Shown here in pieces: positions 20,119 to 30,576 of a stretch of 64,000 bases of DNA. The notes beneath the pieces were generated by a model. It did no database searches and was not told the origin of the DNA. It was given only the letters and a program-made list of their open reading frames with translations. Position 1 is the first letter of the stretch; every line of letters starts with the position of its first letter. The stretch lies in NCBI GenBank assembly GCA_045615645.1, contig JAZLFF010000082.1, forward strand, positions 45,588-109,587, written 5' to 3'. This stretch comes from Treponema sp. Its GTDB lineage: Bacteria > Spirochaetota > Spirochaetia > Treponematales > Treponemataceae. Both the position numbers and the translations under genes were made by a program.

Positions 20119-22749
20119 ATGGGTGATTCATTATTTGAACAGGTAAAAATTTCAACTGAACCTCTTGCTGCCCGCATGCGCCCACGAAACCTTGATGAAT
20201 ATATCGGACAAGACCACATTGTTGGAAAAGGCCGACTTCTTAGACGTGCAATTGCCGCCGATCAATTAACTTCCGTCATTTTTTACGGTCCTCCAGGAAG
20301 TGGTAAAACTACTCTAGCACGCGTCATCGCAAATCATACAAAATCAAATTTTATAACTTTGAACGCTGTTCTTACCGGTGTTGCAGATATCCGCGAAGCT
20401 ATAAAACAAGCCGACGATTTTAAAACCCTTTACAGCCGCCGCACAATTTTGTTTGTAGATGAAGTTCACCGCTGGAATAAAAGTCAACAGGATGCTCTTC
20501 TTCCATGGGTCGAAAACGGAACTATCATTTTAATTGGTGCTACAACGGAAAATCCTTTTTTTGAAGTAAATAAAGCTCTGGTAAGTCGTTCGCGAGTTTT
20601 CCAACTTAAGCCACTTACTACTGACGATCTAAAAAAAGCCGCAACAATGGCCATTTCTGATGTTGAACGCGGTTACGGTCACTGGACAGTCGAATTTGAA
20701 GAAGGCGCTCTTGAACACTTGATTGAAACTGCAAACGGAGATGCCCGCTCGCTTTTAAACGCTCTTGAACTTGCAATCGAAACTACTCCTGAACAATGGA
20801 AGCCAATGGCTCAACCGCCAATTCCTTCATACGGAACAAAAATCTACATAAGTAAAGAATGTGCCGAAGAATCTATTCAAAAAAAAGTAGTTCTTTACGA
20901 CCGCGACGGAGATTATCATTACGACATAATATCTGCATTTATAAAAAGTTTGCGCGGACGTGATCCTGATGCCGCCTGCTATTGGCTTGCACGTATGGTA
21001 ACTGCCGGTGAAGATCCGCATTTTATTTTCCGCCGTATGTTGATTTCAGCCTGCGAAGATACGGGATTAGCAGATCCGCACGCAATTTCTGTTGTAGAAA
21101 GTTGCGCACAGGCTTTCGATCGGGTTGGTATGCCCGAAGGCCGATATTTTTTAGCACATGCAGCACTTTATCTTTCTACAGCGCCTAAATCTAACAGCAG
21201 TATGGCATTTTTTGATGCTCTTGCAGCTGTAGAAAAAGAAGATGCGGAAGTTCCTAATCACCTCAGAGATTCGAGCCGCGATGCAGAAGGTTTTGGACAT
21301 GGAGCCGGATACCTTTATCCGCACGCTTACCGTGACCACTGGGTTGCTCAGCAATATCTTCCTGACACGCTTATGGGCCGAGTATTTTATACTCCAAGCT
21401 TACAAGGTTACGAAGGCACAATCAGAAATGAAGTTTTGAGTCGCAGAGAACTTCAAATTGCTCAAATATTGGAAAAAGAAGCTTCAGGTGATTCCGGTCT
21501 TTCAAGTGATGCTCTTGCTACAGCGCCCGCAGAAACCGGTTCAATCAATTTACTAAATCCTCTCGCGCCAGGCCGTTCAGCTACTGCAAAATCTTGTGCA
21601 AATGGTGACAGAGCTCTCGCCGGTGACTGGGCAAAATCTGAGTTTGGAGCAAATCCAATCAGCGAATGGTGGGTAAACGAACATTTTAAGAGTGGTGATT
21701 TGAAAAAGGCTGAAAATCTTACTTTCAGTCCAAAAGATAACGCTAAGGAAATTGCACTTGACCGTGCTGACCGTTTCTGGCGACAACGTTTAGATTCCAA
21801 TCGAGCCGAAGTTCTTTTACAGATTCGCGACACAATGATTTCTATGGCTGACCTTGTTCGCCATCACCGCAGTTTAATTTGGAATGCTGATTCCGGACTT
21901 TTACTTTGGGAAGTTGCGCGCAAGGAACCTGAAGGTGTTACCTGCGGAGTTTGCCGTTCAGAACAAGGAAAACAAATTCTAGAACAGTACGGTCGAACTC
22001 TTGGTGATTTAGATCGTCCAATTTTACAAAACCGTGCTTCAAATCTTTCGGGCGACTTTATGACTCAAAAAGAGTTTTATAATATTCTTGTAAAATTTCA
22101 ATACAAAGGAACAATTTTTGACAGGCTTTTCTTTACAGACCCGTTTGCTTCGGAAACTTCTATTATTGCACTGGCAGATTGTCTTCAAGGGGTTCTAAAA
22201 CCTCAGCAGGAAATTTCTGACGTTGAAAGTGAAGATTTTACAGAAACGGAACGAACCGCTGGTACAGAAAAAGAAGAATCTTTTGCTTATGAATGTCCTC
22301 TGGCAGACGGCTGGAAAACAATCATCTCTCAAAAAATTCCGTCAAAAGGACAGCATATAAGCGAAATTATTCGTACGCAAATATTAACTTCCGAAGCGGT
22401 AGGTTCATTTAAAGAAGCTTTAGACAAAATGAAAGATGCTGAAGAAGAATTTTTTGGAGACCGCGACAATCCTTTATTCAGCTGGGACGGGCTTTTTATT
22501 GCAAACACTTTCCGTAAACGCGGCTTTACTGTAAAAACTTCAACTATGGAAATTACCGAAAAACGCCGTATTACACCTGCCGACATAGAAAAATGGTTCA
22601 ACGCCGAAAAATCTGCATACGGTTCAAAAATGATTCAAGCGGTCGGCAAAACTGAACTTCAAAAGCTTATAAATCTTATGCTTGCCGCCTGTGAAAAAAA
22701 TATTTTCAGTTGGAAAAGTGAAATCACGTTCCTTACAATTTCATTGTAA
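20119..22749 (+). CDS. rarA: Replication-associated recombination protein A (MgsA/RarA) with long C-terminal extension
   Basis: [46 protein letters not shown]...QQYLP. Confidence 0.9.
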   Translation: MGDSLFEQVKISTEPLAARMRPRNLDEYIGQDHIVGKGRLLRRAIAADQLTSVIFYGPPGSGKTTLARVIANHTKSNFITLNAVLTGVADIREAIKQADDFKTLYSRRTILFVDEVHRWNKSQQDALLPWVENGTIILIGATTENPFFEVNKALVSRSRVFQLKPLTTDDLKKAATMAISDVERGYGHWTVEFEEGALEHLIETANGDARSLLNALELAIETTPEQWKPMAQPPIPSYGTKIYISKECAEESIQKKVVLYDRDGDYHYDIISAFIKSLRGRDPDAACYWLARMVTAGEDPHFIFRRMLISACEDTGLADPHAISVVESCAQAFDRVGMPEGRYFLAHAALYLSTAPKSNSSMAFFDALAAVEKEDAEVPNHLRDSSRDAEGFGHGAGYLYPHAYRDHWVAQQYLPDTLMGRVFYTPSLQGYEGTIRNEVLSRRELQIAQILEKEASGDSGLSSDALATAPAETGSINLLNPLAPGRSATAKSCANGDRALAGDWAKSEFGANPISEWWVNEHFKSGDLKKAENLTFSPKDNAKEIALDRADRFWRQRLDSNRAEVLLQIRDTMISMADLVRHHRSLIWNADSGLLLWEVARKEPEGVTCGVCRSEQGKQILEQYGRTLGDLDRPILQNRASNLSGDFMTQKEFYNILVKFQYKGTIFDRLFFTDPFASETSIIALADCLQGVLKPQQEISDVESEDFTETERTAGTEKEESFAYECPLADGWKTIISQKIPSKGQHISEIIRTQILTSEAVGSFKEALDKMKDAEEEFFGDRDNPLFSWDGLFIANTFRKRGFTVKTSTMEITEKRRITPADIEKWFNAEKSAYGSKMIQAVGKTELQKLINLMLAACEKNIFSWKSEITFLTISL

Positions 22750-22757
22750 AACGTACC

Positions 22758-24488
22758 TTAATTTCTTATTGCGTCAATATTTGCACGACCACCAGGAACG
22801 AACGGAAGAACATTTTCTTCACTATCTATTGAACAGCGGACAAAGCATGGTTTATTTGCACGTTTTGTATCGAATGCTTTTTTGTACCATTCTGGGTCAG
22901 AATCGGCATCAATTGCTTCAATTCCAAAACCACGGGCAATGTTCAATAAATCTGGAACCCGCTCAAAAACTGAGGCACTGTAATTTTTTTCAAAAAGATA
23001 TTTCTGCTGCTGGTAAACCATACCAAGTGTAGCATTCTGGAATACAATGATTGTAACTGGAAGATATAATGCTGCTAAAGTTGCAAGTTCCTGAATGTTC
23101 ATCATAATTGAGCCGTCACCACTAAAGCAAACTACTCGTTTTTCAGGATTTGCCAAAGAAGCACCAATTGCAGCTGGAAGACCAAAACCCATTGTTCCTA
23201 GGGAACCGGAAGTTAGGAAGGTTCGAGGTTTTTCAACTGGATAATACTGAGCGGCCCACATCTGGTGCTGGCCTACGTCAGTTGTAGCAATCAAATCATC
23301 AGATGAAAGACCACATTCTTTTGCATAGTTTGGAATATTTGCAATTACTTCGCGAGGATTTGCAAGCTTTTCACCATTTGGGCGTCCAAGAGTAATTGAA
23401 TCATTCTCTTTTTTGATTTTATTGATTTTTTTGAGCCAAGAATCATCAGCTTTAATTTTCTTTTCATTAACAACTTGTGAAAGCGCACCCATAACACTTT
23501 CTACATCTGCAACAATTGAAATTGCACTGTCCAAAAGTTTATCAATTTCTGCAGCATCAATATCAATATGAACAATTTTTGCTTCAGGACAGAATGCAGA
23601 AACTACACCGGTCGCGCGGTCATCAAATCGAACCCCTGCAGCAATTACTAAATCGGCTTCATGCATAGCAACATTTGCCGCATAACTTCCGTGCATTCCA
23701 ACCATTCCAATAAAGTTTTCACTAGATTTAGGAATACATCCAATTCCCATCAAACTTACAACAACAGGAAGACTGTAAGCTTTTACAAGAGATTCAATCT
23801 GTTTTGCTGCTTCCGGAGAATTACATCCACCACCACAAAACAAAACCGGCTTTTTACATTTTCCGAGTAAATCAGCAATTAAACCAATTTTTTCTACAAA
23901 TTCTTGCGTATCTGCATGAAAGCGAACACCACCGCACGCCCCTGCTCCACACTTCTTTGCCTTTAATTCATCTGCTGAAATTTCTATTGTTGCAAGTTGA
24001 ATATCTTTTGGCACATCAAGCAAAACTGGCCCCGGACGTCCGTTAACACTGATTTCAAATGCCTGATGAACGTTGTCTGCAAGTTCATTTATATCTTTCA
24101 CCATTACGGAATGTTTTGTAATTGGGAAGGAAAGTCCAAAGGTATCTGCTTCCTGAAAAGCATCTGTACCAATTTGTGTTGTATTTACCTGCCCTGTAAT
24201 TGCAATAATTGGAACAGAATCTGCGCGGGCATCGGCAATAGCTGTCAAAAGATTCATTGCTCCAGGGCCGCTTGTTGCCATACAAACTGCAGGATTTCCA
24301 TTTGTTCTGGTCATTCCCTGGGCAATAAATCCGGCAGCCTGTTCCTGGCGCACGAGCACGTGACGGAATGAAGATTTGTTTAATTCATCATATAAAGGCA
24401 AGATCATTCCTCCTGGAAGTCCTGCAACAGTCTTGATTCCGTACGCTTCTAAAATCTTTACAATAATTTGTGCACCAGTAAGTTTCAT
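22758..24488 (-). CDS. ilvB: Acetolactate synthase large subunit
   Basis: TSGPGA, GTDAFQEAD, DVGQHQMWAAQ, LGTMGFGLP, GDGS TPP motif; start 24488 has a GAGG RBS. Confidence 0.93.
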   Translation of the reverse strand: MKLTGAQIIVKILEAYGIKTVAGLPGGMILPLYDELNKSSFRHVLVRQEQAAGFIAQGMTRTNGNPAVCMATSGPGAMNLLTAIADARADSVPIIAITGQVNTTQIGTDAFQEADTFGLSFPITKHSVMVKDINELADNVHQAFEISVNGRPGPVLLDVPKDIQLATIEISADELKAKKCGAGACGGVRFHADTQEFVEKIGLIADLLGKCKKPVLFCGGGCNSPEAAKQIESLVKAYSLPVVVSLMGIGCIPKSSENFIGMVGMHGSYAANVAMHEADLVIAAGVRFDDRATGVVSAFCPEAKIVHIDIDAAEIDKLLDSAISIVADVESVMGALSQVVNEKKIKADDSWLKKINKIKKENDSITLGRPNGEKLANPREVIANIPNYAKECGLSSDDLIATTDVGQHQMWAAQYYPVEKPRTFLTSGSLGTMGFGLPAAIGASLANPEKRVVCFSGDGSIMMNIQELATLAALYLPVTIIVFQNATLGMVYQQQKYLFEKNYSASVFERVPDLLNIARGFGIEAIDADSDPEWYKKAFDTKRANKPCFVRCSIDSEENVLPFVPGGRANIDAIRN

Positions 24489-24542
24489 TTTATACCTCTT
24501 GGCGTAGTTTATCATATTTTTGATGATGAGTCATTAGGAAGG

Positions 24543-24570
24543 GAGAATTGATAATTGAGAATTGAGAATT
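24543..24570. repeat. Heptamer array, family C
   Basis: gagaatt gataatt gagaatt gagaatt. Confidence 0.7.
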
Positions 24571-24580
24571 TTGGGGAAAT

Positions 24581-24662
24581 GAGGTCGGGGTCTTTTTTCA
24601 TAAAAATGTGAAAAAGGGGACGGACCTGTATTTCATAAAAATGTGAAAAAGGGGACGGACCT
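24581..24662. repeat. REP/BIME-like array, family A cluster 2
   Basis: tttcataaaaatgtgaaaaaggggacggacct twice, plus a degenerate left arm. Confidence 0.9.
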
Positions 24663-24702
24663 ATGTAAGGCCTCTGACGGCTTTTGTTACATTTAATATT
24701 TA

Positions 24703-24720
24703 TTGTTATATTTTTAACAG
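24703..24720. promoter_or_regulatory. Candidate Rex operator
   Basis: TTGTTATATTTTTAACAG, two mismatches to TTGTTAAnnnnTTAACAA, upstream of rex. Confidence 0.5.
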
Positions 24721-24816
24721 TAATCTTGATTTTTAACTAAAATTCATCTAAATTCAGATAAAACATATGAGTTTTTCTGCAAACTTAATTGAACGAGAAC
24801 TCTCGGAGAACGTATA

Positions 24817-25446
24817 ATGGGAAGTACAAAAGCAATTCCGGAAGTAACCAGAAAAAGAATGGTTCAGTTGCTTCAGATTTTGAAAGCCTGGCCAGATGAC
24901 AAAATCACTTCAGTTGCAATAAGCGAAGCCACAGGTTGGAAAGATTCACTTATAAGGCATGATTTGTGGTTGCTCGGAACTGATTCTAAGGGAGTTTCAA
25001 ACGGGTACAATGTTGGCGAGTTGCAGGATGCAATAAGTCAGGTACTCGGGATTGGAAGTCAATTAAGAATCAAGAATGAAGAATTAAGAAATTGCTGTAT
25101 TGTTGGGTTGGGGCGCCTTGGAGCGGCTTTGCTTGATGATGAAGTTACAACAGGTTCTTCATTCAAAATAAAGGCTGGTTTTGACCAAAACTTGTACCGA
25201 GTTGAAGTTTTGCGTTCTACTTTTCCGCTTTATCCGGCAAATGAAATGAACTGGATTATTAAACAGGAAAAAATTGAATACGCAATTCTTACGGTAAAGT
25301 CAAAAGATGCACAAACAATGTGCGACCGCTTAGTCAAAGCCGGAATAAAAGGAATTGTTAATATGACAGACGTTGTATTAAAAGTTCCAGAAGGCGTAAA
25401 AGTAGAAAATCTTTCTATTCTAAACGCATTAAACTTAGTTATCTAA
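24817..25446 (+). CDS. rex: Redox-sensing transcriptional repressor Rex (divergent)
   Basis: N-terminal wHTH (IPEVTRKR, IRHDL, GYNV), VGLGRLGAAL Rossmann motif, GFD, AILTV, GIKGIVN. Confidence 0.85.
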   Translation: MGSTKAIPEVTRKRMVQLLQILKAWPDDKITSVAISEATGWKDSLIRHDLWLLGTDSKGVSNGYNVGELQDAISQVLGIGSQLRIKNEELRNCCIVGLGRLGAALLDDEVTTGSSFKIKAGFDQNLYRVEVLRSTFPLYPANEMNWIIKQEKIEYAILTVKSKDAQTMCDRLVKAGIKGIVNMTDVVLKVPEGVKVENLSILNALNLVI

Positions 25447-25451
25447 GAGTC

Positions 25452-25523
25452 TCTCGCAGATAACGCAGATAAACGCTGATTTTTATTTTTTTTAATCTGC
25501 GTAAATCAGCGGAATCTGCGAGA
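25452..25523. repeat. Family B palindromic element
   Basis: tctcgcagat-aacgcagat-aaacgctgat ... atctgcgtaa-atcagcgga-atctgcgaga. Confidence 0.85.
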
Positions 25524-25550
25524 AACCAAAAAAAAACGAGGAGATAAATT

Positions 25551-26681
25551 ATGAGTCGTGTATACAACTTTTCAGCTGGTCCATCTTGTTTGCCAGAAGA
25601 AGTTTTAAAAGAATGTGCAGCAGAAATGCTCGAATATGGAACAACAGGTCAGTCTGTTATGGAAATGAGCCACCGTTCAAAGGCTTATGAACCAATCATT
25701 CAGGATGCAGAAGCAATGGTTCGCAAACTTATGAACGTTCCAGATAACTACAAAATCCTTTTTGTACAGGGTGGTGGTTCTACACAGTTTGCTATGGTTG
25801 CTGAAAACCTTGGTATTCACAATAAAAAAGCTGCTTACATCCGCACAGGTGTTTGGGCTAAAAAAGCTGCTGCAGAAGCTAAAAAACTTGGTATTAAAGT
25901 TGATGAAATTGCTTCTTCAGAAGACAAAGGTTTCTCTTACATTCCAAAAGTAGAAAAAATTGAAGGTGACTATGATTATGCTTACATCTGTTTCAACAAC
26001 ACAATTATGGGTACACACTACGAATACATTCCAGACACAGGAAATATCCCATTGGTAGCTGATATTTCTTCTTGTGTTCTTTCTGAACCACTCGACGTAA
26101 GCAAGTTTGGTCTTTTGTTTGCAGGTGCTCAGAAAAACTTGGCTCCAGCCGGAGTTACACTTGTTATTATCCGCGAAGATTTGATTTGCGAACCAGAACA
26201 GTGCTTGCCAGGAACACCAACCATGCTCTGCTACAAAACACATGCAGACAACGGTTCTATGTACAACACTCCTCCATGTTACACAATCTACGTTTTGGAC
26301 AAAGTTCTCCATTGGGTAGAAAAGAATGGCGGTGCAGAAGGAATGCTTAAACGCAACAAGGAAAAGGCAGATTACCTTTACAACTTCCTTGATTCATCTG
26401 ATTTCTTCCGCGCAACTGCAGAAAAAGGAAGCCGCTCTTTGATGAACGTTCCATTCCTTACAAAATACTCAGTTCCAGGAGCTACAGACGAAGCTGTTCT
26501 TGCTAAAGAAAAAGAAATTAACGACAAGTTCGTAAAAGAAGCTGCTGCAGCCGGCCTTGTAAACTTAAAAGGTCACCGCTTGGTAGGTGGTATGCGCGCA
26601 TCAATCTACAATGCAATGAGCCTCGACGGTGTTAAAGCATTGGTAGAATTCATGAAGAAATTCGCTAAGGAAAACGCTTAA
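25551..26681 (+). CDS. serC: Phosphoserine aminotransferase
   Basis: NFSAGP, EMSHR, AGAQKN (PLP lysine), YNTPP, GHRLVGGMRASIYNA. Confidence 0.96.
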   Translation: MSRVYNFSAGPSCLPEEVLKECAAEMLEYGTTGQSVMEMSHRSKAYEPIIQDAEAMVRKLMNVPDNYKILFVQGGGSTQFAMVAENLGIHNKKAAYIRTGVWAKKAAAEAKKLGIKVDEIASSEDKGFSYIPKVEKIEGDYDYAYICFNNTIMGTHYEYIPDTGNIPLVADISSCVLSEPLDVSKFGLLFAGAQKNLAPAGVTLVIIREDLICEPEQCLPGTPTMLCYKTHADNGSMYNTPPCYTIYVLDKVLHWVEKNGGAEGMLKRNKEKADYLYNFLDSSDFFRATAEKGSRSLMNVPFLTKYSVPGATDEAVLAKEKEINDKFVKEAAAAGLVNLKGHRLVGGMRASIYNAMSLDGVKALVEFMKKFAKENA

Positions 26682-26695
26682 AGGAGGAAAAAGCT

Positions 26696-26727
26696 AAACA
26701 AACTTTTCTGAGGAAAAGTTTGTTTTT
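26696..26727 (+). terminator. Hairpin between serC and serA
   Basis: aaacaaacttttc-tgag-gaaaagtttgttt, 13-bp perfect stem. Confidence 0.55.
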
Positions 26728-26747
26728 AACGCTTTTGCTATAAGATT

Positions 26748-27926
26748 ATGTTTAAAATTCAGACTTTAAATAAAATTGCTGCTTGTGGTCTTAATCAGTT
26801 GGACCGCGATAATTATGAAATTGCTACAGACATCAACAATCCTGATGCAATTATGGTTCGTTCTGCAGATATGCACGAAATGCATCTCAGCGACAATGTA
26901 AAGGCTGTAGCTCGTGCAGGTGCTGGCGTAAACAATATTCCTATTCCTGAACTTACAGAAAAAGGTGTTGTTGTTTTCAATACTCCAGGTGCTAACGCAA
27001 ACGCTGTAAAAGAATTAGTAATCATGAACCTTTTACTTTCAAGCCGTCCTGCAATTTATGCAAATGCATGGGCAAACGGTTTGGCTGGTAAAGGTGATGA
27101 AATCCCAGATTTAGCTGAAAAAGGTAAATCACAGTTTGTTGGACCAGAAATTCAGGGAAAAACACTTGGTGTAATTGGTCTTGGTGCAATTGGCGCAATG
27201 GTTGCAAACACAGCTATTAAACTTGGCATGAACGTTATTGGTTACGATCCATTCCTTTCTATTAATGCTGCATGGAATCTTGATCACAAAGTTCAGCACT
27301 CAGAAACTTTGGAAGGAATCTACAAGAACGCAGACTACATTTCTATTCACGTTCCACAGACAAACGATACAAAAGGCATGATTAATGCTTCAACATTAAA
27401 ACAGATGAAAGACGGCGTTCGCATTTTGAACATTGCCCGCGGTGGTCTTGTAAACAATGCAGATATGATTGCTGCCGTAGATTCAGGAAAAGTTGCCTGT
27501 TTTATAACAGACTTTGCTGCAGAAGAATTGCTCAACCACAAAAACATCATCTGTCTTCCACACTTAGGTGCTTCAACTCCAGAAGCAGAAGACAACTGTG
27601 CAATTATGGCAGCCGCTCAGCTTAAAGACTTCCTCGAAAACGGAAACATTGTAAACTCTGTAAACTTCCCAAAAACAGTTACAGATAATCCAATTCCAAC
27701 TGGCGGAACACGTCTTTGCATCAGCCACAAAAATATTCCTGATACAATCTCTAAGTTCACAAAGATTTTAGGCGATGCAAAATTGAACATTGCTTCTTTC
27801 TTAAACCAGGCCCGCGGAGACGTAGCTTACAACATTATCGATGTAGACGGAAAAGTTGGTGATGATATCATTGCTAAACTCGCTGCATGCGATACAGTAA
27901 ATCGCGTACGTCCAATCTACAATTAA
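26748..27926 (+). CDS. serA: D-3-phosphoglycerate dehydrogenase with ACT domain
   Basis: RAGAGVNN, NTPGAN, GLGAIG, PHLGAST, C-terminal ACT domain. Confidence 0.93.
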   Translation: MFKIQTLNKIAACGLNQLDRDNYEIATDINNPDAIMVRSADMHEMHLSDNVKAVARAGAGVNNIPIPELTEKGVVVFNTPGANANAVKELVIMNLLLSSRPAIYANAWANGLAGKGDEIPDLAEKGKSQFVGPEIQGKTLGVIGLGAIGAMVANTAIKLGMNVIGYDPFLSINAAWNLDHKVQHSETLEGIYKNADYISIHVPQTNDTKGMINASTLKQMKDGVRILNIARGGLVNNADMIAAVDSGKVACFITDFAAEELLNHKNIICLPHLGASTPEAEDNCAIMAAAQLKDFLENGNIVNSVNFPKTVTDNPIPTGGTRLCISHKNIPDTISKFTKILGDAKLNIASFLNQARGDVAYNIIDVDGKVGDDIIAKLAACDTVNRVRPIYN

Positions 27927-27955
27927 TTCTCTAACAGAGCTTAAGAGTCTAAAGA

Positions 27956-28025
27956 AAAAAAACAGGATAGAAAAGATGTTCAGAATATACTAATATCCTC
28001 CTCATCCCACTCATCCTGTTTTTTT
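27956..28025 (+). terminator. Inverted repeat after serA (terminator or family-B-like element)
   Basis: aaaaaaacaggat ... atcctgttttttt with degenerate 9-mer repeats inside. Confidence 0.5.
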
Positions 28026-28168
28026 ATTTTAAATCCCCTTTCCTTCCCCTTTCACTTTAACCTTTCCTCTTTCAACTTTTCTTCCTTCTCCATTCTGTGT
28101 CCATCCGTGTCTAATCCCTCCTCCCATTCAACCAACCTCCCCCCCCTCCATTTTCTTTTCCAAAAAAA

Positions 28169-28197
28169 TTGCGTATAAAATGATTTGGGTATAAAAT
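28169..28197 (+). promoter_or_regulatory. Putative sigma70 promoter
   Basis: TTGCGT-17 nt-TAAAAT, 8 nt upstream of ATG 28206. Confidence 0.55.
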
Positions 28198-28205
28198 AAT
28201 ATTAA

Positions 28206-28700
28206 ATGAAAGTAAATAGTAAAGAAGAAGCATTAGAAAAGATATTACATTCCTTTGAAAAATATTATTCAATTAAAAAAGAAAATGTAACACCACCTTT
28301 CGTTGCGGAAGCTGATTTCATTTCTCATAACGAACAATATTTTTTAGTAAAAGCAGCAAAAATCGCAAACATTGATTCTAATGAATATGTTTATTTTGCA
28401 CTCACCTCATCACTTACAATGGAAAACTTTCTTCAATATGACAACACAGCATGGACAACAGGACTTTCACGCGTAAAACCGTACAGCGGTCACCGCAATT
28501 CAGATGTTACATTAATAATTATTGCCGACTCAATTGATGAACAGGTAAAATCCATCATCAAAAAAACAAAACACTCAAAATCCTACAAATTCAGTTTCTG
28601 GGGATGGAGTAACTACAAATTGGTTTCTATGGAGCTTAATACAAATCAACTCTTTTCAAACAGATTAGGGAAAGATTTGAAAAAGCTTTTTAGCAAATAA
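28206..28700 (+). CDS. Conserved hypothetical protein
   Basis: 164 aa ORF with a promoter directly upstream. Confidence 0.7.
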   Translation: MKVNSKEEALEKILHSFEKYYSIKKENVTPPFVAEADFISHNEQYFLVKAAKIANIDSNEYVYFALTSSLTMENFLQYDNTAWTTGLSRVKPYSGHRNSDVTLIIIADSIDEQVKSIIKKTKHSKSYKFSFWGWSNYKLVSMELNTNQLFSNRLGKDLKKLFSK

Positions 28701-28729
28701 TGTTTTTCTGTTAGGAGGAAAAATAAAAA

Positions 28730-30442
28730 ATGACAGCTTTATTAATTATTATTGCTGCAATCGTTTTGCTCTTCATCGGATACGTTACATACGGTTCATG
28801 GCTTGCAAAACAGTGGGGAATTGACCCTGCTAAAAAAACACCTGCTATCGAAATGGAAGATGGTGTAGACTATTGTGCTGCAAAACCTGCAGTATTAATG
28901 GGACATCACTTCTCTTCAATTGCCGGCGCTGGTCCAATCAACGGTCCTATCCAGGCTGCTGTTTTCGGTTGGGTTCCTGTATTCCTTTGGTGTGTAATCG
29001 GAGGTATCTTCTTTGGTGGACTTCAGGACTTTGGTTCTTTGTTCGCTTCTATCCGTCACGAAGGTAAATCTGTTGGTGAAATCATCAAAGATTCTATGGG
29101 TACAAGAGCTAAAAAGCTTTTCATCATATTTGCATTACTCGTTTTGATTTTGGTAATTGCTTCATTCGTAAACGTAGTTGCAGGTACATTCTTTACAGCT
29201 GCAGGCAGTGCAAAAATGTTCGGATTTGTTGGCGCTCCAACAAACAACCAGACAACTGCTATGATTTCTGTATTGTTCATTGTATTGGCAATCATCTACG
29301 GTCTTATGACAAACAAAGGCGGAATGAAGACTCTTCCAGCTACAATCATTGGTATTGTTGGAATTGTTTTAATCATCTTCATCGGTCTTAAATGTGGTTT
29401 CGCAATGAGCCGCACAGCATGGATTATCTTCATTGGTGTATACATTGCTGTTGCTTCTTTAATTCCAGTTTGGATTATGCTCCAGCCTCGTGACTATCTT
29501 TCATCATTCTTGCTTTATGCAATGATGTTAGTTGCTATCTGTGGTATTATTGGATGTGCTTTCACAGGAAATGCTTCATTCTCTATTCCAGCATTCACAG
29601 GATGGAAAACAAACCTCGGAACTATGTTCCCTGCATTGTTCATTACAGTTGCATGTGGTGCTTGTTCTGGTTTCCACTCATTAATTTCTACTGGTACATC
29701 TTCTAAACAGCTTGATAACGAATCTCATGCTAAAGCTATCGGTTATGGTTCTATGTTGATTGAATCTGCACTTGGTATCATTTCTTTGATTGCTGTTGGT
29801 ATGGTATTTGATAAATATAAGGCTGGCGGATTTGGTTCTCCATCTGCAGCATTTGGTGGTGGTATTGCTATTATGTTCGGTCCAGAAGGATCTGGCACAT
29901 ACAATACAATCAACGCTTTGCTTACATTGGCAGTTTCTGTATTCGCTTTAACATCTTTGGATACAGGTACTCGTTTGAGCCGCTTTATGTTTGCTGAATT
30001 GTTCTTGAAAGACGGTGAAACTACATGGAAAGAAGCTACAGGCGTACGCAAGGTACTCGCTCACCCATTATTCGGTACATGTTTAATGGTATTGATTGGT
30101 TGTATCCTTGGTGGACTTTCTCTTTCTCAAATTTGGGGATTATTCGGTGCTGCTAACCAGTTGCTCGCTGGTATTGCTTTGATGGCTGTTGCTGCATGGC
30201 TTGGTGAAGTTGGAAAGAATAACAAGATGTTCTTTATCCCAATGATTTTCATGCTTGCTGCTACATTGACATCACTTGTTCTTACAATCCTCAACAAGAT
30301 TAAAGCAATGGCTGCAGGTGCTGCTGGTGCAATGGCTTGGGGTAACTGGTTCCAGTTAATCTTTGCTGCTGCAATGACAGTATTAGCAGTTATTCTTGTT
30401 ATTGAAGGTATTAAAACTTTCTCTAAACAGGCTAAGAAATAA
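28730..30442 (+). CDS. cstA: Carbon starvation protein A family transporter
   Basis: GHHFSSIAGAGPINGP, ACGACSGFHSL, ALTSLDT, WGLFGAANQLLA. Confidence 0.93.
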   Translation: MTALLIIIAAIVLLFIGYVTYGSWLAKQWGIDPAKKTPAIEMEDGVDYCAAKPAVLMGHHFSSIAGAGPINGPIQAAVFGWVPVFLWCVIGGIFFGGLQDFGSLFASIRHEGKSVGEIIKDSMGTRAKKLFIIFALLVLILVIASFVNVVAGTFFTAAGSAKMFGFVGAPTNNQTTAMISVLFIVLAIIYGLMTNKGGMKTLPATIIGIVGIVLIIFIGLKCGFAMSRTAWIIFIGVYIAVASLIPVWIMLQPRDYLSSFLLYAMMLVAICGIIGCAFTGNASFSIPAFTGWKTNLGTMFPALFITVACGACSGFHSLISTGTSSKQLDNESHAKAIGYGSMLIESALGIISLIAVGMVFDKYKAGGFGSPSAAFGGGIAIMFGPEGSGTYNTINALLTLAVSVFALTSLDTGTRLSRFMFAELFLKDGETTWKEATGVRKVLAHPLFGTCLMVLIGCILGGLSLSQIWGLFGAANQLLAGIALMAVAAWLGEVGKNNKMFFIPMIFMLAATLTSLVLTILNKIKAMAAGAAGAMAWGNWFQLIFAAAMTVLAVILVIEGIKTFSKQAKK

Positions 30443-30481
30443 TAAATATGCTGAATCATTTTCAGCATGACTAACATGTCA

Positions 30482-30514
30482 CCCCGGGCCACTACTGACC
30501 TGGGGCTTTTTTTT
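30482..30514 (+). terminator. Intrinsic terminator after cstA
   Basis: ccccgggcca / tgacctgggg stem followed by a T run. Confidence 0.8.
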
Positions 30515-30576
30515 CTTGCAAATTTTTCACAGTAGGATGATAATTAAATTACTATGATACATAGTAGGAGTCTTAT

